Assembly: GCA_964016885.1 (NCBI GenBank)
Contig: OZ024741.1
Location: 177,320,001 to 177,384,000, forward strand
Direction of reading: 5' to 3'
DNA length: 64,000 bases
Source: Eledone cirrhosa
Lineage: Eukaryota
Shown: piece by piece, positions 52,620 to 64,000 of the stretch
Numbering within the stretch: the first letter of the stretch is position 1
Layout: each line of letters starts with the position of its first letter
Made by a program: the position numbers and the translations under genes
Notes under the pieces: generated by a model
What the model was told of the DNA's origin: nothing
The model's database searches: none
The model's input: only the letters and a program-made list of their open reading frames with translations

Positions 52620-52810
52620 CGAAGGAAATGTGGTAAGGAACCAGATGGACTATAACGCACTAAAGTACTCAATACTTAGGGTAGTAGAGTGGGTAATAGG
52701 AACGAGTAGGACCCCGACGGCTGAGCTCAAGCCGTTTCGACGGCTAATTCTGGACTAGATTTCCCGTCGAAACAGCTTGAGCTCAGCCGTCGGGGTCCTA
52801 CTCGTTCCTA
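52618..52810 (-). mobile_element. Miniature hairpin+tail element, same family as 49758-49953, opposite orientation
   Basis: Tail 52618-52696, hairpin 52697-52810. Confidence 0.85.
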
Positions 52811-52848
52811 TATATATATATATATATATTTTTATATATATATATATA

Positions 52849-53161
52849 TTACCAAGAAAACAAAACATCAGTGATGCATCTGGACTTGGTTTATTTCGTG
52901 TTACAAATGTTTCGCCGACATGTAGCTCGAGTCATAGTCCTTGTATGGATCTAACTGATTCTACTTCTGCGGGTTCTTTCAGATACGTCTGCTATGTCCG
53001 GAACATTTGCTCCGGACATAACATTTGTAACACGAAATAAACCAAGTCCAGATGCATCACTGATTTTTAGTTTTCTTGATAATTTATACACCCTACTCTG
53101 ATGAATATCGAATGCTAATTTCGGCATAACGCCCACAGAAGCACCTTAGCTACCACTATAC

Positions 53162-53166
<5 letters not shown>
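52849..53166 (+). mobile_element. Hairpin+tail element with a different hairpin and a distantly related tail
   Basis: Inverted arms ~52849-52912 and ~53019-53082; tail 53083-53166. Confidence 0.75.
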
Positions 53167-53218
<52 letters not shown>

Positions 53219-53220
<2 letters not shown>

Positions 53221-54220
53221 TGCCAATGTGGTTTTATGGCGGGTTAATAGATCAACAAGCCAGAACATATAAAATCAAGGTCTAGCAAAGAGAGAAAAGG
53301 TTTTAAAATAAATTTTAAAAAGTTCGCTGTACTTACTATACGTGCCTTTACCGCCGTTTCATGCTCCAGAATAAACGGAAAATCCAAGTCGATTTTCATT
53401 GAGAAGGGAGCAATCTTCAGAAGGCTCTTCTCCCTCGGAGAATATAAAATTCCCGAATTCAAGTCACAAACTGACCCCATACAAAACCATTCCCAAATGA
53501 GAGCGGATGATGAAAGATATAATTCTGTCTGGTGCCGTGTGCAAAGACAAAAGGCAAGGTGGACAGGTCAATGTCCTGCCACTAGAAATAGCAGCAGTCC
53601 AAACGATTGCTCCCTTCTCAATGGAAATCCGCTTGGATTTTGCGTTTATTCTAGAGCATGAAATCGCGATAAAGTCACATATTGTAAATACAGTGAATGT
53701 ATTTTAAATTTATTTAAAAACTTTTTGTCTATTTGCTAGACCTTGATTTTATATGTTCTGGCTTGTAAATTTATTAACCCTTCATAGAACCACATTTGCA
53801 TACGGTTGGATAATACTTGTTTCCCTATATGTATTTTTTACACGTAGGAAATCATATTTTATTATTAATGATCTCCTCCTAAGGTAGAGATATAATGTTG
53901 GTCGTTTGGACTGCTGCTATTGCTAGTGGCAGGACATCGACCTGTCCACCCTGCCTTTTGTCTTTTCACACGACACCAGACAGGATTATTGCTTTCATCA
54001 TCCGCTCTCATTTGGGAATGGTTGTGTATGGCGTCAGTTCGTGATTTGAACTCGGGAGTTTTATATTCTCTGAGGGAAAAGAGCCTTCCGAAGATTGCTC
54101 CCTCCCGCTTGGATGTTCCGTTTATTATGGAGTATGTAACCGCGGTAAAGGTACATATAGTGAATACAGCGAATTTTTTAAAATTTATTTTAAATCTTTT
54201 TCTCTATTTGTTAGACCTTG

Positions 54221-54222
<2 letters not shown>
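53219..54222. repeat. Nested fold-back repeat (A-B-A'-X-B'-A'partial) bounded by (TA)n
   Basis: 53219-53415 is inverted at 53605-53802; 53275-53606 is inverted at 53901-54222. Confidence 0.85.
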
Positions 54223-54301
<79 letters not shown>

Positions 54302-54302
54302 T

Positions 54303-55886
<1,584 letters not shown>

Positions 55887-56177
55887 TATATACATATATA
55901 TACAAATATACTCATACACACACATATGTCTTTATATGTATATGAATACAAATGCATACACTGTTTCATGCTTTATTTTACTTTAATGTTGTACTGCTAA
56001 CAGTCTCTGAGTTGCAGCTATGCAGGAAGAGCACCGCCTTTATTTTCTTCCAGTCTTCAATTTTCATGGACTGTTATTACGTTTGTAGCAGCTGATAGTT
56101 TTTGAGTGTATGCGTGAATGGTTGGCTGATCCCTTACATTGCATTGAATTTATTTCCGTGCTTTTTATATAATTTAA

Positions 56178-56296
56178 TAATTGTTTCTACTTTTGGCACA
56201 AGGCCAGCAAATTACCCACTGCATTACTGGTACTTTATTTTTATCGGCCCCGTAAGGATGAAAGGCAAAGTTAACCATGGCGGGATTTGAACTCAA
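56178..56296 (-). mobile_element. Truncated tRNA-derived SINE
   Basis: Matches the 3' two-thirds of 25123-25310. Confidence 0.85.
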
Positions 56297-56424
56297 TGAA
56301 GCATTTTAGTGAACGGTTGAACACGCAAGGACCTCAGATTTTAGGGTGATAGAATACTTTTTGCTGGTAAGTTCGAATGCAATACATTTAGAAGCTATTT
56401 TTATCACATTTATTTTAGTCACTG

Positions 56425-57415
56425 TCAATAGACACGTTTTTCCCCAGCTCGTCTCCTTGACGAACCTGCAGTTCTGATTCGAGCGAACAACAGGAGGTAG
56501 AGCTTGGAGATTGAAATGTTTTCAAGTACCCATAACCCTCAGCCAAGCGGCCAGTACGATAGATGGACAAACGACGACGTTCTTGGGAAGATTTTGGCAG
56601 CCGACGATAATCAACTAGCCAATTCTTTTCCGGAGAACTTTCGGTCCAGGTCTCATGGACAATTTCAAGAGATCCCTGGCCTGACATTTGTAGCCGGAAG
56701 CATTGTCAGTTCGAGATAAAATCTGGACGCATGGAAGTCAGTCAAAAGTGCCTCTCCGAGATGCACGAACTCGTCAATTGTCCGAACATTGTTGACTTGT
56801 AGATTTATGGCGAACACCTGCTCTCACATGTAGAACTGATAAGGCTATCAGACGAGCCCATCATGAAGATTTTATTGTCACCTTTCGTTAGCCAAGAAGG
56901 GTAGGCAATTTTTATCGCCTTGTGGATATGGTGAAAGAGGTCGTCTGTGGTACACGTCTGACAGAGTTGAAGACAAGCACATTCTTCTTCGGCCAATCTC
57001 TGAATAGCTTTTTCAGGTTTCGTTTGGAAAGGTTCATCATGTTGTAGAGAGAAGTATTTCCTTCGAAGCAGTTTGTTGAAAGGTCGATCAGAGAGGCGAG
57101 CATGGCCTAAGTGAATTGACCTGGTCAGAGTGTAGGTCTGTAGATTAGAGTGAGAGAACTGGGACAGGGCACTTGCTCTGGCAGTCAGTCTGACTGGCTT
57201 TTGTGGGCTTTTATTCACGTGTGAACCCTGATCCCCCCCCACACACACACTTAGGGGAGTTTATTTTGTTTCAATCTGTTTTGTATATTTTCCTTGTTTG
57301 TTGTTACGTCATATGACGTTTTCTACGCCAAATGTCACACTGTATCGCCCTGTACCGTCATATACCGTCATTAATGTGTTTCTTCATATGCGCCCTCCGT
57401 GGCAAATAAAGACAT
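56425..57415 (+). mobile_element. Degenerate Tx1 3' fragment
   Basis: Collinear with 44970-45999 (gacgacgttcttgg, aatcaactagccaat, tttgttgaaagg, AATAAA). Confidence 0.8.
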
Positions 57416-57435
57416 GTCTATTATTATAATTATTA

Positions 57436-57620
57436 GTGGATTGGCAGTATCTGTAGACAGTCGCATGCCATGCTTTGCAGCACTGTTACGTCCCGTTACG
57501 AACTGAGTTCAACTCCCGCCAAGGTTAAGTTTGCCTTTCATCCTTAGCGGGTCGATAAAATAAAGTACCAGTAATACACTGGGATAATTGCTGGCATTGT
57601 GCCAAAAGTAGAAACAATTA
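57436..57620 (+). mobile_element. tRNA-derived SINE
   Basis: GTGGATTGGCAGTATC..GAGTTCAACTCC..GTGCCAAAAGTAGAAACA(ATT)n. Confidence 0.88.
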
Positions 57621-57644
57621 TTAGTATTATTATCATTATTATTA

Positions 57645-60600
57645 CAGTTGCATTTATCTTGCTTTATGTTCATACGAGTTATCACCAAATCACAACCAGT
57701 GACCTCAAGAGACAACAAGGTCCGCCATGTTCAAGAAAGAACATACATACTCACACATGCATCTTTAGTGTTTAGACTTGTGATGTACTTATATTGACAG
57801 AATCTTCCTTAGTATATGGGCAGTTCCCATTAGTACTATCTTTTGTATTTCTCCTATACGCGGGTTTCCTGGGATTTGCGATAAGTTATCACTAGACCCC
57901 TTAGGTATCATTCCCAGAGCGCCTACAACCACTGGTATTGTTTTATTTCTCAATTTCCACATTTTTCCAATTTCTATCTCCAGGTCCTTATATTTGCTCA
58001 ATTTTTCAAATGTTTTTATAGATACATTCTTGTCTATTGGAACAGACATATCAATTAGCAGGCATACCCTCTTTTTAAAGTCCTTCAATATTATATCAGG
58101 TCTATTTGCATCTATTTTTCGGTCTGTTTGGATGCTAAAGTTCCACTAGATTGAGATGTGATCTTTTTCAAGTATGGGAGGTGGTTGATGCTCCCACCAA
58201 TTCTTTTGATGGGGCAGGTCAAAATGCTTACACATTATCCAATGTATGTATTGTGCAGCTCTGTCATGCCTGTTTAGGTATTCGGTTGGAGCTATAGGAC
58301 TACACATTGAAATTATATGGTCAATGGTCTCTGGTTGTTTTTTGCATACACGGCATAATGGGCTACATCCATTTTTTATTATGTTGGATTGGTAATTTTT
58401 TGTTGGCAGACACTGATCCTGTGCTGATATAATCAGTCCTTCAGTCTCCGATTTCAGTCCAGTGGATGCCAACCACTGATGGGTTAGAGTTTTGTCAACA
58501 TCAGGATTGTTAGCTCGCTCTGGGTATTTTCCATATAGAGGCTTTTCTTGCCATTTCTTAGCCAGTTTCTGTAGCAGTTCTTTCTTTGCAGTTACTTTTA
58601 CCTGCTTTGCTTTTTCTGTGTTTTCCATTTCAGCAGTAAATGGGACTTCTGAAATTTGTAGTCCATTACTGTATCTTTGTGCATCTTTTGTAATGGAATA
58701 TGATCTTTTGATGCTTTCGTGTTTCAAAACGAGTTTGATCATCCAATCATGTGATTCCCTTAGATATGTACATAATCCAATTTTTGCAGTTTTCAACGCA
58801 ATGTCTAACTGGATTAACCCACGTCCCCCTTCTTTCCTAGGGAGATATTTTCTATATAAATCTGCCTTAGGGTGATGCATTCTGTGCATGGTTAAGAATT
58901 TTCGAATTTTTGTATCGAGCCTACGGATCTCTGTGCTTGACCAGTTGATGACATTGTAACTGTAGGTTACTACTGGTATGGCAAGCGTGTCTATGGCATC
59001 GATCCTATTCCTTGGATTCAATTCCGTTCTTAAGATTGCTCTTACTCTGCGGTAACATTCCTTCCTTATCCTTTCCCTCATTGTCGAGTGCTTGATTCCG
59101 TCTCCTTCACAGACACTACTATATTTGTAAGTATTTTCTTGATCAAGTTCTCTTATCACGTTGCCCCGATCAAGATTAATGTCTGAACTCTTCAGCAGCT
59201 TTCCTCTGGTGAACGTTGCTTTGGCGCATTTATCTAGTCCAAACTCCATTTTAATGTCATCACTGAACTGCTCCACAGTGGATAATAGCCCTTGCAATTG
59301 TTCATCATTGTTTGCAAATAGTTTCAGGTCATCCATGTAGAACAAGTGATTAATGGTTTTGTCATAGACTTTATATCCATGTTTTGTTTCATTGAGCATT
59401 TTACTTAATGGTATAAGTGCGATGCAGAATAAAAACGGTGATAAAGAGTCACCCTGAAAAATTCCACAATTAATATTAACTTCTCCAGCTTCCAGTGATT
59501 TTGTTTCACTATTCAAAAGGAGTGTCGTTTTCCATGTCTTCATACTGAATGACAAAAACCTCCTGACAACGGGGGATATTTTGAAAATCTCTAAACATTT
59601 TTCAATCCAACTGTGTCGCAAATATCGAATGCTTTTTTATAATCCATCCAAGCAATCGATAGATTTTTGTGTCTATATTGACAATCTTCCAGTATCATTT
59701 TGTTAACCAAAAGCTGATCCTTACAGCCATATGAGCCTCGTTTACACCCTTTCTGCTCAATGGGAAATAGGTCATTTGTTATCAGGTGGTCATATGTGTA
59801 TTCAGTTAGGACTGATGTTAAAATTTTATACATTGTGGTCAAGCAAGTTATCGGTCTGTAATTTTGGGGATTGTTTGTCTCATCATTCGTCGGAAGCAGG
59901 AATGTAATGCCGTTAACTAGCCATGATGGTATCTTTTCTGGCTCCTTAACTATTTCATTGTAAAGTTGGGCTAACAGCTCATGAGACTCTGTGAAGGCAT
60001 TTATCCAAAAGTTTTATATTTTGTCTTTTCCTGGGGATTTCCATTTGCTGGTTTTTCTTAGAGCCAAGCGCAACTGTTCAACTGTTATATTTCCCATATT
60101 TGTTCATCAAGGTGAGCTGTATCTTTCATTTGTCTGTCTATTCATGGGGCATGTATGTTATGAACTTTTTCTTCGGCCCAGATCTTTTCCCAGAATTCTT
60201 GCACTTCCTCCTTGGGTGGTATTGATTTAGCAGTTATTGTTGACTTACCAATTTTTCTATAGAAGTTTCTTTGGTTGTTTTTGAACATATTATTGTCCTT
60301 ATAGAATCTAGATTAGTTTTTCAAAGCGCCTTATACGAGCAGCTTTGGCCGACACTTTTTGCTTGATTATTTATATCAGCATGTCTATGTCACTTGTTGA
60401 CTTTCTACTGTTCTTTTTGTTCAATTTTCTAAGTTTAGTTTGTTTAACATGTTCACCTACTTTATAGTTTGTTAAAATTTCTATGTCAGATCGAAGAAGG
60501 TTTATTTGGCGATTGATGTTCTCTTGCCAAGTAGATTTCTTGTGGGAATTCCTTTGTTTTTTCATCTTCACTCCACATAAGTGAGTGGTGACTTTAGCGG

Positions 60601-61605
60601 ATGCATAATAGAGATGATTTAAATCAGTAATGTTTAGTTTGTTTGTGATGATAATGTTTTTGATAATTATGTTAGTCTTGTGTATTATCTTTTGGTTCTG
60701 TTTGGAGTTCTGGATCTTAGGGAGGGTGTCTCGTTGCCCCATGTCAGATTCTTTCATTTTCATCCATTCGATCATAATTTCATCCTTCAAGTTGGCAAGT
60801 TCATTCTCATTCATTTCTTTATCATTTACAATCTCATTATTTTCATTTGGAGTTTCATCTTGAGCATGCACTCCCTCCACTTTTTCGATCCTTTCTTTAA
60901 TTTGTTCTGTTGCCAGTGATTCCTACCCATCCCTAGGATTCGAAGTGTTACAACTTACCTCGTTTTCACTGACACATGTTTCATTTTCCCTTCGCTGACT
61001 TTGTGCTAATAGCTTGATCTGATCAATTTCTATATCAGTTAGTAACATTTTTCTTACAATATTTCTTCGTATATTGGCTAGTTTGTTACTGTCAATATAG
61101 CCTATGTTTTCGGGATGCTTCTTTTTCGAGTTGATATATATGTCTGTTCTCTATTCGATGTATTTGATAGGTAGTACCTGGCAGTGTAGAAAGCCTCAAG
61201 GACTTCTTTATTATCTTCCATTGACCATTTTTCTCTCTTTTTCTTTGGATTTCTTGGTGGTGAGCATGGAGGGCCAACAGTAAGAGTATTCCGGTTATGG
61301 GAGGTCTCCAGCTCCGAAGTGATGGGAAGGTTTGAACCATTAGCTTATTTTTCGACCCCAGTCTGGTTCCTCTCTGAGGGACGCGGCCCATTCTTACCCG
61401 GGTGACGGCCGATTCGGTATGAGATTTTATCATTAGACATTTACTTTATTTTGTCGCGTTTTATCCTTATCCGCCAAGGGGTAATCATTTCGTGTTACCA
61501 CTTCTAGAACGAGTGTCAACCAAGACTAGAGGGGTCGTTCTCCCCTAGAGACACGGCTATTCCCCGCCGGCCGCCATCCCGGTATTTCTTGGTCACGGGG
61601 TTTTC
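57645..61605 (-). mobile_element. R4/Dong-like RLE non-LTR element D3 (distinct family), near full length
   Basis: ORF pieces from ~61440 to 57789: YRPITCL, GCKDQLL, GIFQGDSLSP, FYMDDLKLF, GGRGL, CRVC..ETIDHIISMC, RPDI..LIDMSVP..KLSKYKDL..PVVVGALG. Confidence 0.94.
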
Positions 61606-61685
61606 TTTTTTTTTTTTTTTTAAATTGTTATTATCATGAGTTGTTCCTTAATGTGAGCATTGCGTGGCTTAAGAATGAAATTATT

Positions 61686-61934
61686 AATAATTGTCTCCAC
61701 TCCAGGCACAAGGCCAGCAATCGCCCAGTGCATTACAATAATATAATTGTTTCTACTTTTGGCACAAGGCCAGCAATAACCCAGTGTATTACTGGTACTT
61801 TATTTCGTCGACCCCATGAGGATGAAAGGCAAAGTTAACCTCGGCGGGATTTGAACTGAGAAGGGCAAGGACCGTAACTCTATGCGTCAAAGCATGGTGT
61901 TCAACCCTCTACCAATACAGCCAATCCACCGCCC
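61686..61934 (-). mobile_element. tRNA-derived SINE preceded by a partial 3' copy
   Basis: Same sequence as the other SINE copies. Confidence 0.85.
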
Positions 61935-62779
61935 TTTAATATAATATACTTTTTGCTGAAGTTGCCTGTTATTGTTGTTGGCTACGTCGGTGATGGTGCT
62001 GGGGCTTATTATATTGTTGGTGAGGAAGGGGGGGGGGGAGCCAGCAGTGCCATAGTTGTTGATGATTATTGACGTTTGGCCGGTGGCCAGGTCACTAAGT
62101 CAATCTATTTATATCTTTTGCTAGCCGCTCCCTTGTCTAGTGATACCGCCACCTTCACCTTTCTCAAGTTAACAGGGGAATAGTGGTGGTAGCAATGAAG
62201 GAGTGGTGGCGGCGGTGATGGGATAGTGGTAGCAATGATGGATGGAGTGGTGGCGGCGGTGGTGTTGTCGTTACTGAGTTTTGTGATATGTAGTATATAT
62301 GAGTTTGTGTCGCGTATGTTTAATATATATTGTGTTGACATATTCCCGTAAAATTGGAATTAAACATTTTGTTAAAACTTGAGACAATAATAATAGTAAT
62401 TATTATTATGATGCTGGGATTGGTGGTGGTGGTGGTGAAATTGCCGTTATCTGGCTGTTATATTTAGTGTTATGGGGTAGGTGGTGTATCAAGTCTCTGG
62501 TGTTGGTGAAATTGCTGTTATTTGGCTGTTCTATATAGTGTAGACAGAGGGTGTTTCCTTCCATTTATAACCATTTTCTTTTTTGAATACAACATATATA
62601 ATACAAAATTGAATATTTGAGCGATATAACAATATAATATGGATCCGAAATTTTATGGGACTTGATTCGGTGGTTTATGCATCATTTGTACTAAGAATTG
62701 TTATTTCACAATTTATTTAAATAAGTTAAAAATCAAAAACTTACGGGAGCGATTTCATGACCTTCTACCACCACGTGCG

Positions 62780-62909
62780 TCTTCTTCTTCTTCTTCTTCT
62801 TCTTCTTCTTCTTCTTCTTCTTCTTCTTCTTCTTCTTCTTCTTCTTCTTCTTCTTCTTCTTCTTCTTCTTCTTCTTCTTCTTCTTCTTCTTCTTCTTCTT
62901 CTTCTTCTT

Positions 62910-62987
<78 letters not shown>
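62780..62987. repeat. Compound microsatellite (TTC)n then (ATT)n
   Basis: Direct inspection. Confidence 0.97.
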
Positions 62988-63050
62988 AGTATGTATATAT
63001 CTATACGCACATATATATGTGTATATATACGCACATATATATGTATATAT

Positions 63051-63088
<38 letters not shown>

Positions 63089-63287
63089 GCGTGTTTCTGT
63101 GTGACTATGTATATAGACATGTGTGTTTTGTGTTTATCTATTTTTATATTTTCATGTATGAAATTGCTAAGCATTAAATCTATAACACATATTGATATGA
63201 AATCGTTTCCCACTAAAGCAGATGTTTTCATAAAACAGTTTAATGTAGTGCAGAATACAATGTTTTTCTATTCACATTTATAATTAG

Positions 63288-63470
63288 GAGGGCGGTGTGT
63301 TGTTTGAATCGGATACGTTTATGTTGTTGTATATCTTCGGACGCTTTTCCTTTACGTTTAATCCTTCTGGTTTCAATAAAATAAAGTACCATTCAATTAT
63401 TGGGTTAATGCAATCACATGTTCCCCTTGCATTAAATATACTGGTCTTGTGCCTAAATTAGAAATCAATA
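63288..63470 (+). mobile_element. Highly degenerate SINE
   Basis: GGGCGGTG head, AATAAAATAAAGTACC, 3' GGTCTTGTGCCTAAATTAGAAA. Confidence 0.55.
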
Positions 63471-63656
63471 TTTATACCTATGTCACTTTTAGCTGTAATA
63501 TTTACGATTTTTTTTATCAATACTCTGTTGTAAACACCGACAAATATATAAAATATATATCTAAGTATTTAATTAATTTTCTAAGTGCATATTAATATAT
63601 TTCAAGACGAAATTATTAAATGGAGCCGAGAAAAATATTTTATTTAAATCTGTAAA

Positions 63657-63857
<201 letters not shown>

Positions 63858-64000
63858 TATAATGTAGGAGGTGAGTTTTATTGTAGTACAATAAAGCAAT
63901 GCAGATATCGGATATGTTGATTTAAAACTGCACTATCAACAAGTGTTTTTTTAGCCTTCATATCATGTTCTCCTGTTTTATCTGATGAAAACACAAATAT

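Noticed and set aside
53098-53125. CTGATGA in the 52.8-53.2 kb tail (also at 54648 and 63982)
   Set aside because: No stem II followed by GAAA; the last instance is cut off by the window end.

Overview
AT-rich, microsatellite-dense eukaryotic DNA. It is probably cephalopod/octopus, which I infer from the SINE type and repeat landscape. No host gene is recognisable; the window is mostly nested retrotransposons in two microsatellite niches. (1) (TA)n arrays at ~0-5.6 kb and ~46.8-55.9 kb hold Penelope-like elements (PLEs: RT plus C-terminal GIY-YIG) and small non-coding derivatives. These repeatedly show one geometry: a 3' arm carrying an ~80-115 nt tail, paired with an inverted arm that stops exactly where the tail begins. 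Examples are 170-320 nt hairpin+tail miniatures and one PLE whose two arms lie ~50 kb apart. (2) (AAT/ATT)n arrays at ~15-46 kb and ~56-62 kb hold chains of Tx1/L1-clade LINEs, R4/Dong-like restriction-like-endonuclease LINEs and a tRNA-derived SINE, with strict strand polarity. All three ORF1-bearing Tx1 copies have a splice-donor consensus overlapping the ORF1 stop and an acceptor just inside ORF2; splicing would fuse ORF1 and ORF2 in frame. Two non-autonomous Helitrons, a mariner relic and an RTE relic are also present. All coding regions carry frameshifts or stops. Coordinates and alignments were read by eye.
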